Below, piece by piece: positions 37,299-50,473 of a stretch of 64,000 nt of DNA (within the stretch, counting starts at the first letter, position 1; each line of letters begins with the position of its first letter). The stretch comes from Squalus acanthias (taxonomy: Eukaryota): NCBI GenBank assembly GCA_030390025.1, contig CM059433.1, forward strand, positions 28,460,001-28,524,000, read 5' to 3'. The translations under genes and the position numbers were made by a program. Below the pieces are notes generated by a model. That model was not told the DNA's origin. It saw nothing but the letters and a program-made list of their open reading frames with translations, and did not search any database.

Positions 37299-39642
37299 TT
37301 GGTGATGAGATTGGTATCCAATGAAATGCATTTTGGATTACCATGTTTCCTAAAGTGATTCTGCCACAGTCTTGTCATCCAGTTTTTTTTTTCGTATAAA
37401 TGAGTAAACTTAAGATAAATTGGATGCTTTCCAGAATAACCCGAAGACCAATATATTAACTTGATCAACAAAAAAAATCACACACAAGATCTTGTATTGT
37501 TGCATAGATATTGTGCCAGCTGTCTGGGAGTGAATGGCATAGTTGATGTAGATAATGCAGGTAGATCACAGTGGTACTCTTGGGCTAAAAAATTCTCATT
37601 CCACTTTTTTCTACATGTTGTAAACAAGAGATGTATAATATGTTGATGTAGTGTCTTAGGGTTACACCATATCAGAATCAAAAGCTTTAGGAGCTAAAGC
37701 GTACTACTTTTAGAATACTTTTTCAAAATTTATTGTAAGGGAAGGAATATTCAAGCCCAGCCTGCTGTAGTTTAGTGAATACTTTGATGCTACACACTTG
37801 GTAGCATTTGACAAAGCAGTCTCTCTCTTCTCCACTAATCCCCATCATTGCACTGCAATTGTGTTCGACGGCTAATGGGTTCACCATCATTAGCTATATT
37901 ATAGGCTTCATTGCATTGTAGTGTGATCTGTTCTTTCTCATTGCCCATTAGGTGAAGCGTAAGTATATTGTATAACTCCTTGTGTCGTACTTGCAGATTT
38001 CCAGAAGAGAAGCGCATCTGAATCTATTTTAATTTTCATAATTTTTTTTGTGTTCAGGATTGCCTGACATGCAAAATGAATCGATGCAAAGCAGGTTTTT
38101 ACAAGGCCTGATTTTCCTCAAAATTTAGCTGACGTTTTCTATCAGGAGCATAATTTCAACAGCAACTCGCAAACGTCGTCTTAAAACCCATTATTTCAAA
38201 CTTCAGCAAAGCTTCTTAGTACACTTAGGACAGGCCTGTGTGTGAGCCACTAATTCTAAGCATGCAGCTTGCAGTTTCACTCCACCCTTTGGTATTAGAA
38301 AGCACAATTTAAGGGTCTGTTGTCTTATGCTTCATTCTGGGAAAAATATGAGAAATAAGGCTCGAATGCTCTTAATTCCAGTCATTTATGAAACATGGGT
38401 ATTTATTCCGCACCTGAGGGAGCAGTCCGTGTTCTGTCGGTTACTTGCATGTGTGGTGGAAACACACGGGGTGATTTTGTTATCGAGTGTTTAATGGAGA
38501 GTGTCTGTTAATTATCAACGATGTGCTCCCCATGGAATGACCCCAGTCGTTCATTTTATGATTGGCTGTTTCCAGTGAAGAGTGTCTGTTGATTGAGATG
38601 TACTCCCCACTGGAATAAGCAGGCCATGGAATCACCCCCTATAGTTAATTTTTCATTAAATAGGTGCATGTTGTGTAAAGTGCTGCTGTGGGCTTCGACA
38701 AGTCTTCTCATATACCAATCCTGAAGGCGGCTCTGTGGTAAATATAGGTACAATGGAAATGGGCAAACTGTTGATCAATTTCTAGTAGGCCTGGAACCTC
38801 CTTGGATCTGCCCTTACCGGCTGCAAATGAGTACTACATAGTTATAGAGAGCATAATATCGGTGCCGTCCTAAACTGCTGGCAGCTTGGTCAAACTCTTT
38901 GCAACACCTCTGGCTATGGGTTCAATTCATGTTTGTTGTAGCTCTCCTCACCCTTGTAGGAGGGAAATATCCTTGTACACTTGGATCCCCATTGGAAGAG
39001 AAATTGCAGAGAACACTGCGTAACAGCTTCAAGAGTCAAATAACCTGAACTTTGGGGTGGCTAATACAAATTGTGTATTTTCAGTTTTGTTTTAAGCTGA
39101 CTTGCAATTTCTTTGGACCTCTGATGGACATTTGAGACGGTCCATCCAGTGTAGACGGGCTAGGAAGACAAGATCTTGATTTTAACACTCAAAACTCTTA
39201 ATTGCTCTAGATTTTATGGCTTGCAAGTGTGATTTCAGACCCGGCTTCTGCTCGTACTTAATAAGTTTCTAGTCTTGGAGGATTTTATGATTTAATTGCC
39301 CTTTCACAGTTTGATATTCCTGTTCACCAGAAATTGAGTTTGAGTTCTCTCCCGCCCCCCAGCTCCCATACGTCCACTACAATTATATTGTGTGTGTGTG
39401 TAGCAGAATCATGTTGGTGCTTTTTCTTTGATTTGCCCCACTTCTTTCTCTTGCTCCTTGCCATGACATCCCAAGACGCAACTTACTAAAATTTCATGCC
39501 AAAAATGTAATGGATCAACAATGAATTTTGAATAAGTAAAGCCTTACAAGTATGTAGTGTTACCGAGAAAATTATTTTTATAAATTTAGACACATCACTT
39601 GTTTTTGTTAACTTTTAAGGGTTTTGTAAAGTTATGAAACAT

Positions 39643-39648
39643 AATAAA
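39643..39648 (+). promoter_or_regulatory. Probable PRIM2 polyadenylation signal AATAAA ending a ~2.4 kb 3' UTR
   Basis: First AATAAA I found after the stop codon. It has a U-rich context, and the repeat-free stretch ends shortly after it. Confidence 0.55.
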
Positions 39649-40244
39649 GAATTTGTTCAAATTCATACTAGATGCTTTTTCCCATTATTTTATAAACTTT
39701 CTATTAGAGTTTCAAGAAAGTACATTCATATTTTCTGAAGCTATTATACATCATATTTTGTCTGAATACACTCCTCTGAAGCACCTTGGGATGATTTACT
39801 ATGTTAAAGGCACTATATAAATGCAGATTGTTGTGTACATACATGCATATATTTTACAAAGCTATTATACATACGGGTGTACATTCTCATACAGAGCCAT
39901 TGGACATACCCATATATATATATTTTTAAAAATGACTGTTTAGCAATACAAAAACGCCTATTTTATGATTGAACATTTCAGTATAATTTATGAAGTCACT
40001 GCGCATCCTTACTGCACTGTGCCAGAGGGACGAATGCATAGCCACATGGGGCTGCTTGCACTGGGAGCGATGCAGGTTGTGGGTGCGTGGGAGCTTGTTT
40101 GGCTCTGGTTCTGTGACATGGAGATTGTGGGGAGAGGCCTTGCATATTGGTGGTCGTGTTAGGGCTGGTGGATCCTCATGGCCGCCTTTGCAATTCTAAT
40201 GATGGCAATTTGACTTAATGGAGTAAAATTTTAATATGTGGTGT

Positions 40245-40830
40245 GAGCCGTGGCTCAGTGCTAGCAATCTCGCCTCCGAGTCTGAAGGTTGTGGGTTCAA
40301 GTCCCACTCCAGAGACTTGAGCACAAAACTAGGCTGACAGCTCAGTGCAGTGCTGCATTGTCTTTCAGATGAGATGTTAAACCTGGGCCCCAAATGCTCT
40401 CTCAGGTGGACTTAGAAGATTTGAAGAAGAGAATGGGAGTTTTCCCCAGTGTTCTGGCCAATATTTATTCCTCAACCAACATCACTGAAACAGATTATCT
40501 GGTCACTAGCACATTGCTGTTTGTGGCACCTTGCCGTGCGCAAATTGGCTACCCCATTGCCTACATTACAACAGTGACTACCAATGTTCCCTTCAAGCTG
40601 CACGGCCGTGTAACGCTCTGCAGCTCCCGCGCAGCCGGCTCACCGGCTTTTAAATACGAAAAACCACGCATGTGCAGCACTTTGGGCCACGCAGCCCCTT
40701 AAACGGGCCATGCACCCAACAAACTTAAAGGGAACATTGATGACTACACTTCAAAAAGTACTTAATTGGCTGTAAAGTGCATTTGGACCTCCTGGGGTTA
40801 TGAAAGGTGCTATATAAAAGTAAGTCTTTG
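40245..40830 (+). mobile_element. DeuSINE/SacSINE1-like SINE carrying a nested hAT MITE
   Basis: Head gagccgtggctcagtg...ggttcaagtccc. The body resumes after 40739. Confidence 0.82.
40582..40739. mobile_element. 158-bp hAT-type MITE
   Basis: Perfect 12-bp TIR caatgttccctt / aagggaacattg. The 8-bp TSD gtgactac/atgactac matches at 7 of 8 positions. Confidence 0.88.
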
Positions 40831-41154
40831 TTACTTCCCAATTTTGAAAAGTTGTTGCTTTAATTTGCCTTCTGGTTGTTCTTAGTTTTATTTTTCAGGC
40901 AACATAGCTTTTGTGGGAGGGGTGGTTAAAGAACTTCTGTATTGTGCAATTTAGAAAGAACAGAAGGTTACTTTGGCTATTAATGTGTTGCGATTACCTG
41001 ATTTTCTTAATAAATTAGAAGTTATAGCTTTTACACATTGATCTGTCACAATGTCCATGCTGTACAAGTCTGTATTCCGTGCTAATTGTTATAATTATTC
41101 ACGGGGGGGGGGGGAAATGAAGAAAATTAAGTGTGCTCTGACTATCACATTATA

Positions 41155-41217
41155 GAGAGGTCGCACAACACCAGGTTATAGTCCAACAGTTTTATTTGAA
41201 ATCACAAGCTTTCGGAG
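41155..41217 (-). mobile_element. Ultra-short Penelope pLTR insertion (half hammerhead plus tail)
   Basis: Reverse complement of ~36215-36270, flanked by the direct repeat ctatcacattata (41142-41154, 41218-41230). Confidence 0.8.
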
Positions 41218-42898
41218 CTATCACATTATAACCAGAATTTCACAGTCATTGTAAAGTTATTTTAAAAAAACTTGTCCAAATGAGAGAAAATGAGCTTTGT
41301 TTTGCTTTAGTGAACTCGAAGCATATTAAATGATGAGGTGGTAATTGAAGTATGGAGTTGACAATCGGAGCCACTCTGGTTTGAACAGAAGTACCGGCGG
41401 TCTATTGACGCAAAACTAGATAAACTCCGGCTAAAGGAGCATGAAATACCACATTTCTCCCATTGATACTAAAGTGAAGCAAAAATGTGGCTGTTGGTGA
41501 ACAATAATGTCTTGCACTGCACAGTGCTTCTTCCCCATTAGTCTGTCGATTGTACAGATGCACTGTGTGCAACTCTTCAGGAATGTACAGTGTAAATCAC
41601 ATGTCTGGAGCAATGAAGTGACGTCTCCATTTCATGTTGCATTCAGCTGTATGTCCAAGAGCTGAGAGTTCAATTAGATGCTACGGCAACGATGTATCTG
41701 GATCTGTTGGGTGACCTCATCCATGGTGCATGTACACCAATGACACCCAGCTCGATCTCCCGCCTCCTCACTGCTTCAGTGCTGTCAGGCCGCTTGTCTG
41801 ACATGTTAGATAAGTCTTAACTTTCTCCAGCTCAACATTCTTTAGGCCCCACGACAATCTGCTCCTTCACAACTAACTGTCCCCCACCCTGGTCACTGTC
41901 TCGGGCTGAACCGAACCATATGCAACCTCTGTGTCCTGTTCGACCCCAGGCTGAGCTTCTGACCACATATTTGCTCCATCACAAGGACCCCATCTATTTC
42001 CTCCTCTGTGATGTCACCCGCCTCTGCCCCAAACTCGCTCCCTCTGCCGCTGAACACCTCACGACAAAATTAATTCGATAAATTAACAATATTACAATAA
42101 TATGACTTATAAGGAACAGAAATAGGGCATCGAACCTATGTTTTGTGTCCCCAAATATTTGAACCCTTTATTGTAGTAAACATCTTCCCAACTTGTCAAT
42201 TTGTAGATGATCTTGGAAACTTTAACTGGGTCACCTCCATCTTAAAAAAAAAACATCCAATTTCTTGTAACTTAAATCCAAATTTCTGGATTCATCACTA
42301 TTGCTCGTCTCTACCCTTTCCAGGGTACAAATATTCTTCCTATGGTGTGATGAACAGAACTGCGCACTTTACTCTAGATAGGGTCCGACCAAAACACTTT
42401 GTAATGGATGTCCACTCTACTCCTGTAATACAAGCGGTACCGACCTTTGCCTTATTTCAGTTTCATAGATTTATCCATTACAACCCTTAGATCTTTCTTG
42501 CTCATTGCAATGTTTCATTTAACATTTTATCGTGGTCCGTCTGCCCCCTCAGGTGGATGTGAAAGATCCCACAGCACTTTTTCGAAGAAGAACAGGGGAG
42601 TTCTCCCCAGTGTCCTAACCAATATTTATCCCTCAATCAACATCACTCAAAAACAGATTATCTGGTCATTATCACATTGGTGTTTGTGGGAGCTTTCTGT
42701 GCAAGTTGACTGCCACGTTTCCTACATTGCAACGGTGACTGCAATTCAAAAGTACTTCAATGGTTATAAAGCGCTTTGGGATGTCCTGAGGTCATGAAAG
42801 GCACTATAGAAATGCAAGTCTTTTTTTCCCCCTTGTAATGATATTAAGTAAAAGTAGTTGGATACCTATTGGACATCTGTTCATTTCTTAACATCTCC

Positions 42899-42937
42899 CA
42901 GTTCTGACGAAAGGTCATCGACCTGAAACGTTAACTG
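42899..42937 (+). ncRNA. Minimal type I hammerhead ribozyme motif (Penelope-associated, ACGU family)
   Basis: cagtt-CTGACGA-a-aggtc-atc-gacct-GAAA-cg-TT-aactg, with the family tail to ~43020. Confidence 0.82.
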
Positions 42938-43209
42938 TTTCTCCACAGATGCTGCCTGAACTGCTGAGTATTTCCAGCATTTTCTGTTTTTATTTCGAAT
43001 TTCCAACATCCGCAGTTTTTTTTCCCTTTCGGTTTAGGTGGATACCTGTGCTGTTCTGGGGAATGAAAGTGAATTGACAAAAGGGTTTGCTATTGCTATT
43101 CAATCATATTTTGGAGGATTATTTCTTGCTTTTGTTTCTGCTTCCAGCCACTGTAGATTGTTGGGTTTGTGCATTGCTAGGTGAATGGGGCGGTCAGAGT
43201 GAGATAACG

Positions 43210-43627
43210 GTCGCAAAATGGTTATGTTTCTGGACTAGTAATCCAGAGGCCTGGATTAATAATCTGAAGACATGAGTTCAAATCCCACCAGTGGTGAATT
43301 TAAATTCAGTAAATTAAATAAATCTGGAATAAAAAGCTAGTATCAGTAATGGTGACCATGTAACTACCGGATTGTCATCATAAGCCCCATCTGGTTCACT
43401 GATGTCCTTTAGGGAAGGAAATCTGCCGTCCTTACCTGATCTGGCCTCCAGATCCACAGCAATGTGGTTGGCTCTTAACTGCCCTCTGAAATGGCCTAGC
43501 AAGCCACTCAGTTGTACCCTGACTGCAGTGGTTCAAGAAGGCGGCTCACTACCACCTTCTCGAATGCAATTAGGGATGGGCAACAAATGTTGGCCTTGCC
43601 AGCGACGCCCACATCCTGTGAATGAAT
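43210..43627 (+). mobile_element. tRNA-derived SINE (same family as 7159-7602)
   Basis: Colinear similarity including the B box gagttcaaatcc and the gacgcccacatcc tail. Confidence 0.8.
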
Positions 43628-43934
43628 AATAATTTTTAAATGACCATCGCAAGAGTGCTTTTGCCAGACAATGTATAAAAGTACTGTCTGTCTTCTATGC
43701 CACCCCCTCCCCAAGGATCCTGATCCCTGACCTGGGTCTGCATTCATTATAATGTGTCTGTATTGTGATGACATTTTCAGCCAGTTCCCTCAGGTTTTTC
43801 CTCACATTCTTTATGGTTGTGTGTTCCGATTAGTCTGGCAGCATCCCAGCAAACTGCAGTATGGTTGGTTTCCGTGGTGCTGAGCTGGAGCAGATTTACT
43901 GTCTTGCTTTCTCTACCGATTCTTTGTCTATTTA

Positions 43935-44380
43935 AAGAAAAAGACTTGCATTTATATCGCGCTTTTCACGACCACTGGATGTCCCAAAGTGCTTTACAAC
44001 CAACTAAATACTTTTTGAAGTGCAGTCACCTGTTGTAATGTAGGAAACGCGGCAGCCAATTTGCACACAGCAAGCTCCCACAAACAGCAATGTGACAATG
44101 ACCAGATAATCTGTTTTAGTGATGTTGATTGAGGGATAAATAATGGCTAGGACACCGAGGATAACTCCCCTGCTCTTCGAACTAGTGCCATGGGATCTTT
44201 TACGTCCACCTGAGAGAGCAGACAGGGCCTTGGTTTAACGTCTCATCCAAAAGATGGCACCTCCAACAGCGCAGCACTCCCTCAGTACTGCACTGGAGTG
44301 TCAGCCTGGATTTTTGTGTTCAAGTCTCTGGAGTGGGACTTGAATCCATAACCTCTGGCGAGGGTGTGAGCTACTGGCTG
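43935..44380 (-). mobile_element. DeuSINE/SacSINE1-like SINE
   Basis: Matches the copies at 18133 and 28117. Confidence 0.82.
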
Positions 44381-46052
44381 ACTAGATTTAAACCCAATCT
44401 TCAGTTGTTCACAATATTTTGATTGGTTGAACACTACCATCAACGATGATTGAGGACACTTGGGTCTAATTAAGAATACCCTCACTGGACATTCTTGGCC
44501 CGCAACAGGGTGCCAACCAATCACCCTCGTCAGTAGCAGCAGTGGAGAGTTCTGTGCTACTGTTTTATCCCTGTCAGCGATGTCTGATAGCTGTGATGGA
44601 TGAGAAAAACAAGCTTATGACTCAAGTCTTAGACACTGAGAAGAGTAATATTGGGTTGTGCCTTTATTGCACTGGGAAATTGAGGATAGCAGAAGGATTG
44701 AAGGACTCATCCGTCAGATTGAACTGTCTGTCCTGAATTCCCCAGTAGAATGCTTGAGGATTGCCTCTTATTACTTAGCTATATCAAATGCTGTAAAATC
44801 TTAGTTTGCTGTTTTGTGGGAGGGAATCTTTAGGGAACTGATGTACAAATTCTGAGTCAGACGTTACGCTGATGAGAAGTAAATTCCAATAAGGATTTTC
44901 TTTTTTTTGTAAAAACGGAACAGCATAGATCTGAACTTCTTGCAGTAATTGGGATGGGATGCTTTTGTTGGTACCTTACTGGAATGATACAAAATAAATC
45001 TTCATTTCTCATTTGTAAATCGTAAGATCCAATATTTCCTCAACCAGTCAAGAGATACGTTCCCATAAAATTGCAAACCTACAGGTTATGCAAGTTCCCA
45101 GTGCAGTTCAGGGTTAGCACGATGTTGAAGTATTCTGCTTTCACGTTTCTGTCAATAGCATTGAGGAGCGTCCAAGTGAGGCACAGTCAGCATCGAAGAG
45201 TTGGAAAGATAGCAGGGAGTCGGCGAGGGGTAGTAGTGGTGAGCAAGGAAGAAATGGGGATCTGGTAGAAGCCAGTTGGGACCAAATGAGTAGCGGTGGG
45301 ATTAAATTATGGCCACCACATTGTTCCCATTCCAACTGCTTTTAGGAAAACCTATGATCTGGACAAATAAAAAGGGACAGCACGGTTATGGTGAATATGA
45401 TGAAACCTGCAGGTTTTACATCATGGCTAACCCGTTTTCCTAAACAATCATAGAATGGTTACAGCACAGAAGGAGGCCATTCTGCCCATCCCGGCTCTCT
45501 GCAAGAGCACTTCAGCTAGTCCCACTCCCCCGCCCTTTCCCCGTAGCCCTGCAATTTTTTTTCCTTCCGGTACTTATCCAATTCCCTTTTGAATGACACA
45601 ATTGAGTCTGCCTCCACCACCCTTTCAGGCAATGCATTCCAGATCCTAACCACTCGCTGTGTAAAAAAGTTTTTCCTCATGTCGCCTTTGGTTCTTTTGC
45701 CAATCACCTTAAATCTGTGTCCTCTGGTTCTCGACCCTTCCGCCAATCAGAACTGTTTCTATCTACTCTGTCTAGACCCCTCATGATTTTGAACACCTCT
45801 ATCAAATCTCCTCAACCTTCTATGCTCCAAGGAGAACAATGCCAGCTTCCCCAGTCTATCCACGTAACTGAAGTCCCTCATCCCTGGAACCATTCTCGTA
45901 AATTTTTTCTGCACCCTCTCTAAGGCCTTCACATCCTTCCTAAAATGCGGTGCCCAGAATTGGACACAATACTCCAGTTGATGCCGAACCAGTGTTTTAT
46001 AAAGGTTCATCATAACTTCCTTGCTTTTATACTCTGTGCCTCTATTTATGAA

Positions 46053-46449
46053 TCATAGAGCAGAAACTGATAGCCAAGTTCCGCACTCATGAGGATGGCC
46101 TCAATCGCGATATCGGGTTCATGTCACGATACAGAACGTGACTTGACATCATGGCCGGTCTTCCCAGGTGTTTTTTTTTTTTAAAAGACTAACACAAGAA
46201 CACAAATTGACAGGATATGCAGCCAGCAGGTGGTTTGACACGTTGGACCCCCTGGGACACATCTCATTGTCTTGACTGTGCTCTTTGTTGTAGGGAATAA
46301 TGTGAATAGATTTTGTCTGGGTTTAAATTGTGAATTCTGGGAGATTCTCTCATTGCTAACTTACCTGACGAAGGAGCGAACTGCTTCGAAAGCTTGTAAA
46401 ATTAAATAAATCTGTTGGACTATAACCTGGTGTTGTGCGACTTCTCATT
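46053..46449 (+). mobile_element. 5'-truncated Penelope-like retroelement (GIY-YIG C-terminus, 3' UTR, hammerhead) nested in CR1
   Basis: IEQKLIAKFRTHEDGLNRDIGFMSRYRT* (stop at 46139-46141) and a 12-bp TSD tctatttatgaa at 46041 and 46450. Confidence 0.88.
46361..46399 (+). ncRNA. Minimal type I hammerhead ribozyme motif (AGCU family)
   Basis: ttac-CTGACGA-a-ggagc-gaact-gcttc-GAAA-gc-TT-gtaa. Stem I covaries with the 36194 copy. Confidence 0.82.
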
Positions 46450-48670
46450 TCTATTTATGAAGCCCAGGATCCCGTATACTTTTTAAACCACTTTCTCAAC
46501 CTGCCCTGCTACCTTCAATGATTTGTGCACATACAGCCCCAGGTCTCTCTGTTCATGCACTCCCTTTAGTTTATGTTGCCTCTCTCGTTCTTCCTACCAA
46601 AATGTATCACTTCGCACTTTTCTGCGTTAAATTTCATCTGCCACGTGTCCGCCCATTCCACCAGCCTATCTATGTCCTCTTGAAGTCTATCGCTATCCTC
46701 CTCACTGTTCACTATACTTCCAAGTTTTGTGTCATCTGCAAATTGTACCCTGTACACCCACGTCTAAGTTATTAATATAGATCAAGAAAAGCAGTGGTCC
46801 TAGTACCGACCCCTAGGGAACATCACTGTATACCTTCCTCCAGTCCGAAAAACAACCGTTCACCACTATGTTTCCTGTCACTTAGCCAATTTCGTATCCA
46901 TGCTGCCACTGTCCCTTTTATTCCATGGGCTTCAACTTTGTTGGCAAGTCTATTATGTGGCACTTTATCAAACACCTTTTGGAAGTCCATGTACACCACG
47001 TCAACTGCATTGCCCTCATCACCCTCTCTTGTTACCTCATCAAAAATTCAATCAAGTTAGTTAAACACAATTTGCCTTCAACAAATCTGTGCTGGCTTTC
47101 CTTAATTAATCCACACTTGTCCAAGTGACTGTTCATTTTGTTCTGGATTATAGTTTCTAAAAGCTTCCCCACTACCGAGGTTAAACTGACTGGCCTGTAG
47201 TTGCTGGGTTTATCCTTACACCCTTTTTTGAACAAGGGTGTAACATTTGCAATTTTCCAGTCCTCTGGCACCACCCCTGTATCCAAGGAGGACTGGAAGA
47301 TTATGGCCAGTACCTCCGCAATTTCCACCTTTACTTCCCTCAGCATCCTAGGATGCATCCCATCTGGTCCTGGTGACTTATCTACTTTAAGTACAGCCAG
47401 CCTTTCTAGTACCTCCTCTATCCCATCCAGTATCTCAACTACCTCTTCTTTTACTATGACTTGGGCAGCATCTTCTTCCTTGGTAAAGACAGATGCAAAA
47501 GTACTCATTTAGTACCTCAGCCATGCCCTCTGCCTCCATGCGTAGGTCACCATTTTGGTCCCTAATCAGCCCCACCCCTGCTCTTACTACCCACTTACTA
47601 TTTATATGCCTGTAGAAGACTTTTGGATTCCCTTTTATGTTAGCCGCCAATCTATTCTCATACTCTCTCTTTGTCCCTCTTACTTCCTTTTTCACTTCCC
47701 CTCTGAACTTTCTATATTCAGCCTGGTTCTCACTTATATTCTCAACCTGATTTCTGCTTCATCATACTCTCTATTGCTTTCATCATCCAGGGAGCTCTAG
47801 CTTTGATTGCCCTACCTTTCCCCCTCGTGGGAATGTACCTCGACTGTACCCAAATCATCTCTTTAAAGGCAGCCCATTGTTTGATTACAGTTTTGCCTGC
47901 CAATCTTTGATTCCAATTTACCTGGGCCAGATCCATTCTCAACCCACTGAAATTGGCCTTCCTCCAATTAAGTATTTTTACTCTAGATTGCTCCCTGTCC
48001 TTTTCCATAGCTAGTCTAAACCTTATGATACTGTGATCACTGTTCCCTAAATATTCCCCTACTGACACTTGCTCTACTTGACCCACCTCATTCCCCAGAA
48101 CCAGATCCAGCAATGCCTCCTTCCTCGTTGGGCCAGAAACATACTGATCAAGAAAGTTCTCCTGAACACACTTAAGAAATTCTTCCTCCTCTCTGCCCTT
48201 TACACTATTGCTATCCCAGTCTATATTAGAATAGTTGAAGTCCCCCATCATCACTGCTCTATAGTTCTTGCACCTCTCTCATTTCCCTGCAAATTTGCTC
48301 CTCTATATCCTTCCCACTAGTTAGTGGCCTATAGAATACATCTAGTATGGTAATGGCACCTCTATTGTTTCTCAACTCTAACCAAATAGATTCTGTCCTT
48401 GACCCCTCCAGGACATCCTCTCTCCAGCACTGTAATATTCTCCTTAATCAATACTGCCACCCCACCTCCTTTCTTTCCTTCCCTATCTTTACTGAACACC
48501 TTATAGCCAGGAATACCTGGTACCCAATCCTGCCCTTTTTTGAGCCAGGCCTCCATTATCACCACGACTTCATATTCCCATGTGTCTATTTGCACTTGCA
48601 GCTCACCAACCTTATTTACCACATTGACACACAGTGCATTCATGCACTGTAAACCTATCTTAGACCTTGT

Positions 48671-49411
48671 GGGCCAAAAATTCGGCCCTTCCCGGGTGAG
48701 TACACAGTGCGTACTCACCCGTAATGCGTCCCGAAGTGCCGGTTTCCTGCATGCACTGCGCATGCACGGGAAACCGGAACTTCCGGTCTGGTGAACCGCA
48801 TGCGCGGTAGAGGCTGCGCGCACGCAGCAAACTTAGATTTTTTTTCAGGTTTCTACGGGAGGGTAAGTAGTGAAGAACCTATGCTTATAAAAAGGAGGCG
48901 CAGGAGCCGTTTTCAACAAGGTAAGTGGTTAATTAAGTATAATTGAAAAAAAATTTCAACAGGTTTATCTTTTTTAGATACTTTAAAGAAAGGTAAGTTT
49001 ATTTTTATCACTTAAAGTATTTTAATTTTTTCAAAAATTTAAATTTTTGTTTAAAGTGGTTAATTTATTTAACTATAGTTATTTTATAAATGTGATGGTT
49101 TTTTTAAAAATTTATTTTAAGTTTAGCTGTTCTTTTGGGGCCGATTTCAATTCACAGATTTGACAGGTCTCCCTGTCAAATCTATGAATGAAAGATGGTC
49201 TGCTGCCATTGGCTCTCCATGACCCACGTGATCCCAGGGGACACATCGCACTAACTGCGCCCCTGGAACACGCAAGCACTGCGCGCTGGCACTTGGAGCA
49301 GGCCCAGGAGCTGAAGTTCCCGTGGGCCCAAAACACAACGGCAGGCGCGGTAGGTAAGTGTGCGCGCGATCCTTACCCCCACGGCAAGCCGGAAAGGCGA
49401 ATTTCTGGGCC
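48671..49411 (+). mobile_element. Non-coding TIR element (PIF/Harbinger-type MITE) nested in CR1
   Basis: TIRs gggccaaaaattcg / cgaatttctgggcc and TSD tgt/tgt. Homologue of 9242-9984. Confidence 0.85.
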
Positions 49412-50473
49412 TGTATTCTTAGTCTGACCCTACCTAATACCGTACTATTTCTTACTCTAGTGCTATCTGTCTCTCCCAATCCTTTGTGCACCTTGTTTCT
49501 CCTTTCAAATGCTACATCCTGGTCCCATGCCCCTGCCAAATTAGTTTAAACCCTCCCCAACAGCACTAGCAAACCCTCCCACGAGGACATTGGTCCCAGC
49601 TCTGTTGAGGTGTAACCCGTCCGGCCTGTACAGGTCCCAGCTCCCCCAGAACTGGTCCCAATGTCCCAGGAATCTAAAGCCCTCCCTCCTGCACCATCTC
49701 TCCAGCCATGCATTCATCTGTTCTATCATACATCTATACTCGCTAGCTCGTGGCGCCGGGAGTAATCTGGAGATGATTACCTTTTGAGGTCCTGCTTTTT
49801 AATCTCTTTCCTAGCTCCTTAAAATCTACCTGCAGGACTTCATCCCTCTTTCTACCTATGTCGTTGATACCGATATGGACCACGACCTCTGGCTGTTCAC
49901 CCTCCCCGCTCAGAATGTTCTGCAGCCGTTCAGTGACGTCCTTGCCCCTGGCACCAGGGAGGCAACATACCATCCTGGAATGTCGTCTGCGGCCACAGAA
50001 ACACCTGCCTGTTCCCCTAACTGTCGAATCTCATATCGCTATTGCTTTCCCAATCTTGAATACTGGTTAGAGTGAGATGCACTCAGGGGACTCCTGCACT
50101 GCCTGTCTGGTCCTCCTTGTCTGTCTGACCGTCACCCATTCCCTCTCTGCCTGCACACTTTTACACTGAAGGGTGACCATCCACGTAACTCTCAGCCTCG
50201 CGGATGCATCGCAGTGACGCCAGCTGCTGCTCAAGCTCCGAAACCTGGAGCTCGAGCTCCTCCAGCTGACGACACCTCCTGCACATGTGGGTTGGCCAGG
50301 ACACAGGAAGCATCCTGGAGTTCCCACATGGCACAAGATGTGCATTCCATGGAACCAAGGTGCCCTGCCATGCCTCTACTTAATAGACTATTAATTAACA
50401 ACAGAAATAAACATTAAGACTTAAAAAAAATCAATCACCAGCTACTCACCACTCAGCTGCTTCCCTTGTGCTG

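Noticed and set aside
37109..37471. 120-aa minus-strand ORF overlapping the PRIM2 last exon
   Set aside because: Antisense shadow of the exon and UTR, with no independent evidence.
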